DNA of 64,000 nt from an uncultured Planctomycetales bacterium (GTDB lineage Bacteria; Omnitrophota; Gorgyraeia; Gygaellales; Profunditerraquicolaceae): assembly GCA_964399915.1 (NCBI GenBank), contig CAYNRN010000003.1, forward strand, positions 2,064 to 66,063, in the 5' to 3' direction. Below are positions 47,274 through 56,441 of the stretch, in pieces. Under the pieces are notes generated by a model. The model searched no databases. It saw only the letters and a list, made by a program, of their open reading frames with translations, and was not told the DNA's origin. Made by a program: the position numbers and the translations under genes. Position 1 is the stretch's first letter. Each line of letters starts with the position of its first letter.

Positions 47274-48436
47274 AAAGAGTATATTTAGATTATTCGGCTA
47301 CTGCGCCGACTGACCCGCGGGTAATTAAGGCGATGCAGCCTTACTTTTTTGAGGCCTTCGGCAACCCCGCCAGTATCCATTCTTTCGGACAGGAGGCAAA
47401 GAAGGCGATAGAAGATGCGCGGGAGAAGACGGCCGGATTCCTCGGCGCTAATCCCGCTGAGATAATCTTTACTTCCGGAGGCACCGAATCGGATAATTTT
47501 GCGCTTTTTGGGGTAGCCCGCGCCATGAAAGGCAAAGGCAACCATATTATTACCAGCGCAATCGAACACCATGCTGTCAGCGAACCCTGTAAATTCCTGC
47601 AGAAAGAGGGTTTTCAGATTACCGCTGTTAAACCGGATACCAGCGGTATAGTTTCTCCGGATGATGTCAAAAAAGCGATTACCGCAAAAACTATCCTCAT
47701 CTCGGTGATGCATGCTAATAATGAAATCGGCACAATCCAACCGATAGCAGAAATAGGAAAAATTGCCAGGGGCAAAGGCATCTATTTTCACAGCGATGCC
47801 GTGCAGAGCGTAGGGCATATTCCCGTAAACGTTGACGAGTTAAACGTCGACCTGCTGTCGCTTTCCGCCCATAAATTTTACGGCCCTAAGGGCGTAGGCG
47901 CATTATATATAAGGAAAGGCACGCGCATAGAGGCTTTTTTACACGGCGGAGACCAGGAAAAAGGCAGAAGGGCCTCGACGCAGAATACGCCCGGTATCGC
48001 CGGCCTGGCAGAAGCCCTGGTTATCTGTTCGAAAGAGATGGAGCAAGAAGCGCGTTTCCAGTCCGGCCTGCGCGATAAATTAATCAAAGAAATACCAAAA
48101 AGGATTAGCGAAGTTATTCTAAACGGGCATCCCGTAAAGCGCCTTCCTAACAACGTCAACTTCTCGATGAGATATATTGAGGGCGAGTCGATTCTGCTTA
48201 ATCTTGATCTGCTCGGTATCGCCGCTTCTACGGGGTCCGCCTGTACTTCTACCAGCCTTGAGCCTTCACACGTCTTGCTGGCGATAGGGCTTACTGCCGA
48301 TGTAGCTCATGGTTCCCTGAGGATCACCATGGGCAGATGGACCAAAGAAAGCGATATTGATTATCTCCTGGAACAGCTGCCGCCGGTTGTGCAGAAACTG
48401 CGTTCAATGTCGCCTCTCTACGAAAAGAAACAATAA
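47270..48436 (+). CDS. nifS: Cysteine desulfurase (NifS/IscS)
   Basis: YLDYSAT, FTSGGTE, HANNEIG, SAHKFYGPKG, STGSACTS. Confidence 0.95.
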   Translation: MKRVYLDYSATAPTDPRVIKAMQPYFFEAFGNPASIHSFGQEAKKAIEDAREKTAGFLGANPAEIIFTSGGTESDNFALFGVARAMKGKGNHIITSAIEHHAVSEPCKFLQKEGFQITAVKPDTSGIVSPDDVKKAITAKTILISVMHANNEIGTIQPIAEIGKIARGKGIYFHSDAVQSVGHIPVNVDELNVDLLSLSAHKFYGPKGVGALYIRKGTRIEAFLHGGDQEKGRRASTQNTPGIAGLAEALVICSKEMEQEARFQSGLRDKLIKEIPKRISEVILNGHPVKRLPNNVNFSMRYIEGESILLNLDLLGIAASTGSACTSTSLEPSHVLLAIGLTADVAHGSLRITMGRWTKESDIDYLLEQLPPVVQKLRSMSPLYEKKQ

Positions 48437-48438
48437 TC

Positions 48439-49395
48439 ATGCAGGAAAAGATCATTGATTTCCTAAAATCCAAACAGGGCTATGCCTCAGGCGAAGAGAT
48501 CAGCCAGCGCTTGAGAATCAGCAGGCAGGCGCTTTGGAAGCATATACAACACCTTAAAGACTCAGGTTACGGCATCGAAGCAGTCCCGCATCTGGGATAT
48601 CAGCTTTGCGGCCTTCCTGACAGGTTATTCCCCTTGGAGATTTCAAGTTCTCTTCAGACAAAGATTATCGGTAAAAAGATTTATTACTTTGACCTGGTGC
48701 ATTCTACTATGGATAGCGCGGCAGAATTGGCCCGGAAAAATTGCCCCGAGGGCACGCTGGTGGTGGCGGAATCCCAATCTAAAGGCAGGGGGAGGCTGGG
48801 CAGAGAATGGTCTTCCCCAAAATATAAAGGCATATATATATCTTTGATCCTGCGCCCTAAAATCTTGCCTTCTCAGGCCCCGGTATTCACTCTCCTATCG
48901 GCAGTAAGCGCCTGCGAAGCGCTGAAGGAAGCCTGCGCTTTAAGCGCGCAGATAAAGTGGCCTAATGATTTAATGGTAAACAATAAAAAGATCGGCGGAA
49001 TTCTCACTGAACTTAATGCCGAAACCGACGAAGTGCATTCTCTGATTATCGGCATCGGCATTAATGTGAATAACGATAGAAAATCTCTGCTTAACCAGGC
49101 TACCTCCGTAAAAGAGGAGAAGGGCCAGGCAGCCAGCAGGATAGGCCTGCTGCAGGAATTGCTGCGTAAACTGGAAGTTAATTATCTAACGCTGCAGGAA
49201 GAGGGCACGCAGCCGATTATTGAGAAATGGCGCCTGCTCAATATTACTTTAGGCAGAAGGATAAAGATATCCTCCCACAACCGGCTGATAGAAGGAGAGG
49301 CTTCGGACATAGATGCCGACGGGGCGTTATTATTAAGAAAGGATTCCGGGTTAACCCAGAGAATAACTTCCGGCGATGTAATGCATTGCCGATAA
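48439..49395 (+). CDS. birA: Bifunctional biotin ligase/repressor (class II BirA)
   Basis: N-terminal HTH SGEEISQRLRISRQALWKHI; QSKGRGRLGREW, KWPND, KIGGIL. Confidence 0.96.
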   Translation: MQEKIIDFLKSKQGYASGEEISQRLRISRQALWKHIQHLKDSGYGIEAVPHLGYQLCGLPDRLFPLEISSSLQTKIIGKKIYYFDLVHSTMDSAAELARKNCPEGTLVVAESQSKGRGRLGREWSSPKYKGIYISLILRPKILPSQAPVFTLLSAVSACEALKEACALSAQIKWPNDLMVNNKKIGGILTELNAETDEVHSLIIGIGINVNNDRKSLLNQATSVKEEKGQAASRIGLLQELLRKLEVNYLTLQEEGTQPIIEKWRLLNITLGRRIKISSHNRLIEGEASDIDADGALLLRKDSGLTQRITSGDVMHCR

Positions 49396-49448
49396 TGTCA
49401 ACTTTTAATAAAATATTGGTTGACGATTGAACCGCACCGGATTATAAT
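49394..49448 (+). promoter_or_regulatory. BirA-type operator overlapping the TonB-receptor promoter
   Basis: AATGTCAAC-N16-GTTGACGAT; TTGACG(49420)-17-TATAAT(49443). Confidence 0.65.
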
Positions 49449-49463
49449 TATTCAGCTTAGATT

Positions 49464-51362
49464 ATGAAAAAGTGCGGTTTTTTTATACATTCGCGGCCCA
49501 AGAACCCCATCCCGGAAGAGGAGGGTAAAAAAGGGCCGCTCAGTATCAACCATAACAGGTCTCGGCTTAAAATCCGAGGGAGCTATTGGTTGATTTTTAT
49601 TTTTCTTTGTTGCTATCGGTGCCTCTGGGCGCAGGATAATAGCCTAGAAGACTTAGAGCGCATCGTGGTTACTAAAAGCAAAATCCACCTCTATAAAACC
49701 TACGACCTCGATCAAGACGACCTAAAGGACCTCCCTTTTAATTCCCCTCTGGAAACCCTTACTTTAACCGAATTAGATTTGCAGGCGCGCGCGGCCAAGG
49801 GCGCGATTCAGGATGATTTTTCTCTGCGTGGCTCGACCTTCCAGGGGGTCTTAGTATTATTTAACGGACAGCGTATTAATGATCCCCAGACCGGACACCA
49901 CAATAGCGATATCCCGCTTACCCGCGCAGATATCAAAAGGATAGAAATAACTCCGGGTGTCAGTTCCGCGGTATTCGGGCCCGATGCAATAGGGGGGGCG
50001 TTGAATTTTATCCTGAAAAAACCCGAAGAAAATAAGCTCCTTCTGGAGTTTAGCGGCGGCCAGCATACCAGCCACTCTTCGCTTTTCAGTATTACCCGCA
50101 GAATCGATCAGGCAGGAATCAGGGTTTCCGTCGAGAATAACCAGTCCGACGGATACCGCGAAGATACCGATTTCAAAAAGTTTAATGCGACAGCGGATTC
50201 AACTATCGGTATACCGTTAGGAGAAATCCGGGCAAGCTACGGATATCAGGAGAAAGAGTTCGGCGCCCCGGACTTTTATACTCCCGGCAGCAACTATCTT
50301 TCGCAGGAATGGACTAAGACGCATCTTTTAAACGCCGGAGCAAATATCATCAAGGAAGGATTGTTGATCAGGCCGAATTTTCTCTGGCGCCGGCACTTTG
50401 ACAAATTTTTACTGGATAAGACGCTGATACGCAGCAGTTATCTGAATCATCACCGCACGGATATGCTGACACCCAATATTTACCTGCAAAAAGAGCTTGT
50501 CCCTCTAGGCAGGGTAGGGTTTGGCCTTGAATACGGCCAGGAGCTTATAAACTCTACTAATCTGGGAAAGCACGGCAGGGCCCATACAAGCGTTTACCTT
50601 GACCAGAGCAAAGATTTAATGCAGGGTTTCTCTTTTGGCTTGGCTGCGCGCAGCGACGATTTTGAAGGGTTTGACCGCAAGTTCTCCGGCTCCGGTAGCC
50701 TGCGCTACAGTTTTTTAACCGCCAGTTCCCTTACTTTAGGGTTATCCCGCAGCATCCGCGTTCCCTCTTTTACTGAGCTTTACTACAGCGATCCTACTAC
50801 CGAAGGAAATCCCGATCTCAGCGCGGAAAAATCCGTCAATTACCAGCTGGAGTATAATTACGCAGGAGAAGATTTTTCTTTCTCTCTGGCGGCTTTTTTA
50901 CGCGATGAAGACGAATTTATAGATTGGGTAAAACGCGCGCCCTCCCAGAGCAAGTGGGTGGCGGAGAATATCGGCGAGGCGTATGTTTCGGGATTCGAAA
51001 ACAACTTATCCCTGAAGATAAATCAATACCTGGAATTGAAGGCAAACTATACCTATACCGATAAGAATATCCGCGAGAAACAATATCTTTATAAATACGG
51101 GCCTAATTATGCGCGCCACCTATTGAATAACCTGCTTGAATTTAATCTGCCTTTCGGCAGGCAGGTGGTTAGCTACAGCTACAAGAAAAAAGACGGCCGC
51201 GGCGGCTGGTCGCTGTTAAATTTATCCCTTTCCTATGGCCTCCTTAAGCATTCCCGCATCTTTTTTAAAGCCACGAATATCCTGGATAAACGCTATGAAG
51301 AGATACTCGGCGTGCCGCAGCCCGGCCGTTGGCTTGAAGGCGGCTTAAGCTTTGAGTGGTAA
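49464..51362 (+). CDS. TonB-dependent outer membrane receptor (start uncertain)
   Basis: LERIVVT TonB box, SLRG..LVLFNG, IKRIEI..SAVFGPDAIGG plug, GNPDL, NILDKRY..PGR, terminal aromatic residue. Confidence 0.92.
   Translation: MKKCGFFIHSRPKNPIPEEEGKKGPLSINHNRSRLKIRGSYWLIFIFLCCYRCLWAQDNSLEDLERIVVTKSKIHLYKTYDLDQDDLKDLPFNSPLETLTLTELDLQARAAKGAIQDDFSLRGSTFQGVLVLFNGQRINDPQTGHHNSDIPLTRADIKRIEITPGVSSAVFGPDAIGGALNFILKKPEENKLLLEFSGGQHTSHSSLFSITRRIDQAGIRVSVENNQSDGYREDTDFKKFNATADSTIGIPLGEIRASYGYQEKEFGAPDFYTPGSNYLSQEWTKTHLLNAGANIIKEGLLIRPNFLWRRHFDKFLLDKTLIRSSYLNHHRTDMLTPNIYLQKELVPLGRVGFGLEYGQELINSTNLGKHGRAHTSVYLDQSKDLMQGFSFGLAARSDDFEGFDRKFSGSGSLRYSFLTASSLTLGLSRSIRVPSFTELYYSDPTTEGNPDLSAEKSVNYQLEYNYAGEDFSFSLAAFLRDEDEFIDWVKRAPSQSKWVAENIGEAYVSGFENNLSLKINQYLELKANYTYTDKNIREKQYLYKYGPNYARHLLNNLLEFNLPFGRQVVSYSYKKKDGRGGWSLLNLSLSYGLLKHSRIFFKATNILDKRYEEILGVPQPGRWLEGGLSFEW
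49493..49605 (+). other. Structured segment (two stem-loops) in the 5' region of the TonB receptor; candidate cis-regulatory RNA or insert
   Basis: GCGGCCC/GGGCCGC stem; ATCAACCA(TA)/(TAT)TGGTTGAT stem enclosing a CTCGG/CCGAG hairpin; followed by a T tract. Confidence 0.45.
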
Positions 51363-51402
51363 AAAGCGTTGGAAATTTAATTTTTGGTAGTATAATAGCG
51401 CT

Positions 51403-51693
51403 ATGTTTATTCATACGGTTTTATTCAAAATACAGCCTTCCCAGGTCAATGCCTATAGGAATGACAGCAAAATGTGGGCGCGTAGGGCCAGGGAAGCGAA
51501 GGGTTTTGTCGCTTATTTTACGATGAAGCGGATAAACGGCAAAAACGAATATGCTTCGGTTTATGAGTGGAGATCGCAATCCTTCCATAGCCGCTTTATG
51601 AAAAAATACCACGAAGAGCTGGTAGCAAAATCCCGCGCCAAGGTGAAAGTTCTGGGTTATTTTAACCTCAAGACAATCGACAGGCTGAAATAG
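51403..51693 (+). CDS. Antibiotic biosynthesis monooxygenase (ABM)-like protein
   Basis: 96 aa, A.EAKGFV, YASVYEWRS..H; leaderless TATAAT-6-ATG. Confidence 0.7.
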   Translation: MFIHTVLFKIQPSQVNAYRNDSKMWARRAREAKGFVAYFTMKRINGKNEYASVYEWRSQSFHSRFMKKYHEELVAKSRAKVKVLGYFNLKTIDRLK

Positions 51694-51706
51694 GATTTTA
51701 AAACAA

Positions 51707-52798
51707 ATGAACAAACGCGCAGTCGTTGCGATGAGCGGAGGGGTAGATTCTTCAGTTGCCGCGGCGATTTTAAAAAGCAAGGGTTTTGAAGTAATCGGGA
51801 TGACAATGTGTTTTGGATTAAGCGAACAGGCGCGCCGTAAACCTTCCTGCTGCGGTATCAGGGGCATTGAGGATGCCCGGCGTGTTGCCGATAAGCTGGG
51901 CATCAGGCATTATGCCGTGAATATGCACAGGCACCTGGAAAAATTCGTGATCAGCGATTTTTGCCATGAATATCTTTCCGGGAGAACGCCGAATCCTTGC
52001 GTACGCTGCAATCAGTTCTTGAAATTCTCAATTCTTCTGGATAAGGCGCGCGCCCTGGGAGCGGATTTTCTTGCCACGGGGCATTACGCCCGTATAGCAA
52101 AATCCCGGGCCGCAAACCGCAAACCGCAAACTTATTTACTCAAAAAAGCCAGGGATAAAAGCAAAGACCAGTCGTATTTTTTATACCGCTTAACCCAGAA
52201 ACAGCTAAAACAGGTACTATTCCCGCTGGGAAATTATACAAAACCTCAGGTCCGCCTCTTGGCAGGGAAGTTTGGCCTGCCGGTAGCTGATAAAAAAGCA
52301 AGCCAGGAGATATGTTTTTTGGGGGACGATGATTACCGTAATTTTTTGCGTAAGCAGATGGGAAGGCAAATCTATCCCGGCGAAATCTTAGACAGCGCAG
52401 GAAAACCGCTCGGCTGCCATAAAGGGATCGCTTATTACACCATCGGGCAGCGCCAGGGTTTAGGCATAGCTTTCGGAAAACCGGCATACATCAGCCGTAT
52501 TGACGCTGCTAATAACCGTATTACTATCGGCCCGAAAGAGGAGGTGGTCAGCTCTGATTTTCTGGTTAGAGAAGTTAATTTTGTCTCTGAGCCGATAAAA
52601 AAGAAAATTGTGCTTAATGTTAAAATACGCTATAATCATAAAGAAGCGCCTGCAGAAGTTTCATCTGCCAGGGGCGTACTAAAAGCGCATTTTAAAATTC
52701 CGCAGTTTGCGATTACCCCGGGCCAATCAGCGGTATTCTATAAATCCGACAGGTTAATCGGCGGAGGGATAATAGAGAAGGTGTTAAACCATGATTAA
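51707..52798 (+). CDS. mnmA: tRNA 2-thiouridine(34) synthase
   Basis: AMSGGVDSS, GRTPNPCVRCN, ATGHY, KDQSYFL, SQEICF, YTIGQRQG, TPGQ. Confidence 0.97.
   Translation: MNKRAVVAMSGGVDSSVAAAILKSKGFEVIGMTMCFGLSEQARRKPSCCGIRGIEDARRVADKLGIRHYAVNMHRHLEKFVISDFCHEYLSGRTPNPCVRCNQFLKFSILLDKARALGADFLATGHYARIAKSRAANRKPQTYLLKKARDKSKDQSYFLYRLTQKQLKQVLFPLGNYTKPQVRLLAGKFGLPVADKKASQEICFLGDDDYRNFLRKQMGRQIYPGEILDSAGKPLGCHKGIAYYTIGQRQGLGIAFGKPAYISRIDAANNRITIGPKEEVVSSDFLVREVNFVSEPIKKKIVLNVKIRYNHKEAPAEVSSARGVLKAHFKIPQFAITPGQSAVFYKSDRLIGGGIIEKVLNHD
52110..52130 (+). repeat. Tandem heptamer (CCGCAAA)x3, in frame within mnmA
   Basis: 21 bp encoding ANRKPQT in the loop after TGHYAR. Confidence 0.9.
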
Positions 52799-53714
52799 GA
52801 AAAAGAATTGGGGAGGGCTGGAGGATAAAATCGCCGCTTTAAAAAAGAAGCGCGATGCCGTGATCCTGGCGCATAATTACCAACTGCCCGAAGTGCAGGA
52901 TGTGGCTGATTACCGGGGCGATTCGCTGGAGTTAAGCCGTATTGCCGCCAAGACAGATGCCAAGGTAATCGTCTTCTGCGGCGTGCATTTCATGGCGGAA
53001 ACTGCTTCCATACTCTGCCCGAAAAAGAAAGTCATCATGCCGGATATCCATTCCGGATGCCCGATGGCAGATATGATTACCGCCCAGCAATTAAGGGGGC
53101 TTAAAGAGGAACATCCCCGGGCAGTGACCGTCGGCTATGTAAATACCTCCGCCGAAGTAAAGGCGGAACTCGACGTCTGCTGCACGTCTACCAATGCCGT
53201 AGCCGTAGTCAACGCTTTTAAGGCAAGCGAAGAAATTATTTTCGTTCCTGATAAATATTTGGCGGATTACGTCTCTAAACAGGCCGGAAGAAAACTTATC
53301 TCCTGGAGAGGCTTCTGCCCCACCCATATTAAAATCCTGCCGCAGGATATCGAAAGGGAAAGGAAATTTCACCCTTTTGCCAAGGTGGTTGTCCACCCTG
53401 AATGCCTGCCGGCGGTAGTGGCTTTAGCTGATGCCGCGCTTTCTACCAGCCAGATGTCCAAATACGCCCGGGAGAGCGAGGCCAAGGAATTCATCGTCGG
53501 CACAGAAGTCGGCCTGATCTACCGCCTGAAGAAGGATAATCCGGCAAAGGAATTTTACCCGGCAAGCGAGGCAGCAGTCTGCCCTAATATGAAACGGACT
53601 ACCCAGGAGAAGATCGTCTGGGCGCTTGAAGAGCTGAAGGAAGAGGTCAGGGTATCCGATGAGCTGCGCAGGCGCGCCAAAAAAGCAATAGACAGGATGC
53701 TGGAAATAATCTGA
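52791..53714 (+). CDS. nadA: Quinolinate synthase
   Basis: ILAHNYQ, GDSLEL, FCGVHFMAE, GCPMA, YVNTSA, VHPEC, CPNMK. Confidence 0.97.
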   Translation: MIKKKNWGGLEDKIAALKKKRDAVILAHNYQLPEVQDVADYRGDSLELSRIAAKTDAKVIVFCGVHFMAETASILCPKKKVIMPDIHSGCPMADMITAQQLRGLKEEHPRAVTVGYVNTSAEVKAELDVCCTSTNAVAVVNAFKASEEIIFVPDKYLADYVSKQAGRKLISWRGFCPTHIKILPQDIERERKFHPFAKVVVHPECLPAVVALADAALSTSQMSKYARESEAKEFIVGTEVGLIYRLKKDNPAKEFYPASEAAVCPNMKRTTQEKIVWALEELKEEVRVSDELRRRAKKAIDRMLEII

Positions 53715-54337
53715 TGCCGGAAGTTGTTTACGAAGATGATTGGCTGATAGTCCTGAATAAGCCGGCAGGCCTTTTAACCATCCCTACGCCGAAGAAAGAA
53801 AGCCGCACCCTCGTAAGCATCCTCAATGATGGAATTAAAGCGCAGGGCGCGCCTTACCGCCTGCATCTCTGCCACCGGTTGGATAGGGAAACTTCCGGAT
53901 TGATCATCTTCGCCAAGGGTAAATCCCCGCAGAAGAAGATGATGGAACTCTTCAGGCAACGGAGAGTAAAAAAGACCTATATTGCATTCGTGCAGGGTAT
54001 GCCTAAGCCGAAGGCATCCCGTATAATCAGCCGCATAGAGGGCTTAAGCGCAATAACCGAGTATAGGGTAATAGAGAGGAAAAGCAGTTTTTCCGTGGCA
54101 GAGGCGCGGCCTCTGACCGGCCGCACCAACCAGATCAGGATACATTTTAAATCTATCGGGCATCCTATCGTCGGGGAGGACAAATATGCCTTTCGCAGGG
54201 ATTTCCCGCTTAAGGCGAAGAGGCTTTGCCTGCATGCTGCGGGGCTTGAATTTGAGCATCCCGTAACCAGAGAGAAGATCAGGCTTGTTTCGCACCTCCC
54301 CTCTTATATGAAGGAGTTTCTCGCCAAACATGCTTAA
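53714..54337 (+). CDS. RluA family pseudouridine synthase
   Basis: NKPAGL, HRLDRETSG, TGRTNQIRIH, GHPIVGE, LHA. Confidence 0.94.
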   Translation: MPEVVYEDDWLIVLNKPAGLLTIPTPKKESRTLVSILNDGIKAQGAPYRLHLCHRLDRETSGLIIFAKGKSPQKKMMELFRQRRVKKTYIAFVQGMPKPKASRIISRIEGLSAITEYRVIERKSSFSVAEARPLTGRTNQIRIHFKSIGHPIVGEDKYAFRRDFPLKAKRLCLHAAGLEFEHPVTREKIRLVSHLPSYMKEFLAKHA

Positions 54338-55073
54338 ATATATTATTCTGGGGATAATACAGGGATTAACCGAGTTTCTGCCGGTAAGCAGCTCAGGCCA
54401 TCTGGTCGTCTTGCAGAGGATATTCGGGATGACAAACGGCCAGGTAGCAACTTCGGTTATCTTGCACATGGGTACGCTTATGTCCCTGTGTATTTTCTTC
54501 TTCGGCGATATCTTGGCCCTGTTGCGGGATTTAAAGTCATTGCTGCTGATATTTATCGCGACCTTTATTACAGGCGTCATCGGTATCTGCGGCAAAGGGT
54601 TTTTTGAGGAATTATTCTCAAGCCCTGAATTTGTGGCCTTTGCCTGGCTTGTGACAGGCGCGGTACTTATATTGAGCAAAAAATTTATGCAGGCAAAAAG
54701 GCATACAGTGAGCCTTAAAGACGCCTCGATGCTTGGAGCAACCCAGGGGCTGGCGATTATTCCGGGGCTTTCCCGTTCGGGTATCACCATATCAACGCTC
54801 TTATTCAGGGGAATAGACAGAGAAACGAGTTTCCGCTTTTCTTTTCTGGCTTCCGTCCCGGCAATTGCCGGAGCCGCGTTTGTTGAAGCAAAAGATATCC
54901 ATTTTATTTTTCAGGGGGATACGAAAAATTTTATCATTGGTTTTTTCTGCAGCCTGATCGTCGGCTTAATCTCTCTGAAGTTTCTGCGCTCTATTATACA
55001 CAGGTCGAAATTTCATTATTTCGGGTATTATTGTATATTTGCCGCAACAATTACGTTGATATTACTGAGATAA
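54330..55073 (+). CDS. uppP: Undecaprenyl-diphosphatase
   Basis: QGLTEFLPVSSSGHL, PGLSRSG, FSFL. Confidence 0.96.
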   Translation: MLKYIILGIIQGLTEFLPVSSSGHLVVLQRIFGMTNGQVATSVILHMGTLMSLCIFFFGDILALLRDLKSLLLIFIATFITGVIGICGKGFFEELFSSPEFVAFAWLVTGAVLILSKKFMQAKRHTVSLKDASMLGATQGLAIIPGLSRSGITISTLLFRGIDRETSFRFSFLASVPAIAGAAFVEAKDIHFIFQGDTKNFIIGFFCSLIVGLISLKFLRSIIHRSKFHYFGYYCIFAATITLILLR

Positions 55074-55074
55074 A

Positions 55075-55974
55075 ATGAGCATTCTTGTTTTAGGCACCGT
55101 AGCCCTTGATTCGGTAAAGACCCCTTTCGGGTTAAGGAAGGACATTTTGGGGGGCTCGGCGGTGCATTTCGCCATGGGCGCCCGGATTTTTACCAGGGTA
55201 AACCTTGTGGCAATAGTCGGGAAAGACTTTCCTGAAAAACATATCCGTTTCCTTCATAAGAAAGGCATTATCCTTACCTCATTGGCCAAAGAGCACGGCC
55301 ATACCTTCAGGTGGGAGGGAGAATATAGAGGCAACCTTGACTGCGCCCTTACCTTAAATACGGAACTGGGGGTACTCTCCGCATTCAGGCCTTCAATTCA
55401 GCGCAGCCAGCGGGATATAGGTTATATTTTTCTGGCAAACGTTGACCCGGATATACAGAGGCGCCTTTTAGAAAATATGCGTTTGCCTAAACTCATAGGG
55501 CTGGATAGCATGAATTACTGGATTAAGCATAAGCGGCGCAGCCTGCTTCGGCTTTTGAAGAGAGTCGATATTTTTGTGGCTAACGAAGAAGAGGCCAAGA
55601 GCCTTACCGGGGAACACTCTTTGATCAATGCCGCAAAAGGGCTTCATTGCCGCGGAGCGCGGATGGTCCTGATCAAAAAGGGCGAACACGGAGTGCTTTT
55701 ATATGCCGATAATTTTATTTTTTCCGTACCGGCATATCCTACGGCCCGGGTAATTGACCCGACCGGAGCAGGCGATACTTTTGCCGGAGGGTTTATGGGG
55801 TATCTGGCAATGAAGGGAAAAGTGAATCAGGCAAATATTAAAAAAGCGGCGGCATACGGCACAGTTGCCGCATCATTTAATATAGAGGGTTTCGGCGTGG
55901 AACGCAGCGCCCGCCTTGGCAGAAGAGATCTGGAGCAGAGGCTGAAGAAGCTTAGAAGCTTTACCTCGTTCTGA
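55075..55974 (+). CDS. PfkB family carbohydrate/nucleoside kinase
   Basis: LGGSA, DSMNYWI, KKGEHG, DPTGAGDTFAGG. Confidence 0.93.
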   Translation: MSILVLGTVALDSVKTPFGLRKDILGGSAVHFAMGARIFTRVNLVAIVGKDFPEKHIRFLHKKGIILTSLAKEHGHTFRWEGEYRGNLDCALTLNTELGVLSAFRPSIQRSQRDIGYIFLANVDPDIQRRLLENMRLPKLIGLDSMNYWIKHKRRSLLRLLKRVDIFVANEEEAKSLTGEHSLINAAKGLHCRGARMVLIKKGEHGVLLYADNFIFSVPAYPTARVIDPTGAGDTFAGGFMGYLAMKGKVNQANIKKAAAYGTVAASFNIEGFGVERSARLGRRDLEQRLKKLRSFTSF

Positions 55975-55988
55975 TAAAGGAGGCAATT

Positions 55989-56441
55989 ATGCTTGAGGAA
56001 AAAATACTTAATGATTATAAGGCGGCAATGAAAGCCAAAGACGCCTTGGCGACTTCAGTTTTAAGCTTCCTGCGCGCGGAGATGATTAACACGGCGATTG
56101 CCAAAAAGAAGAAACAGCTTGATGACCCCGAAGTTGTTTCCGTGATCAGAAAACAGATAAAGGCCCGCCAGGACGCAATCCTGCAATTTGAAAAGGGCAA
56201 TCGCCAGGACCTTGCCCAAAAGGAGGCTTCTGAGATAGAATTGCTTAAGAAATATCTCCCCGCAGAAATAACGCCTGAAGAGATAAAAAAGATGATTGAA
56301 GAGGCGGTTATTGCCTGCGCTGCCTCCGGCATTAAGGATATGGGCAGGGTGATGAAAGAGCTTGGCAGCAAAGTCGCAGGCCGCGCTGACGGCAAGCTGT
56401 TAAGCGATTTAGTCAGGGAAAGGCTCTCAAAAACCACCTGA
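55989..56441 (+). CDS. GatB/YqeY domain protein
   Basis: AAMKAKD, F.KGNR.DL..KE..E, YLP, KDMGRVM, GRADG. Confidence 0.93.
   Translation: MLEEKILNDYKAAMKAKDALATSVLSFLRAEMINTAIAKKKKQLDDPEVVSVIRKQIKARQDAILQFEKGNRQDLAQKEASEIELLKKYLPAEITPEEIKKMIEEAVIACAASGIKDMGRVMKELGSKVAGRADGKLLSDLVRERLSKTT

Noticed and set aside
49464-49600. Cobalamin or NAD+-I (nadA motif) riboswitch before the TonB receptor
   Set aside because: No B12-box/GCCACTG elements; CAAGAACCCC resembles the NAD+-I loop, but the required adjoining stem does not form
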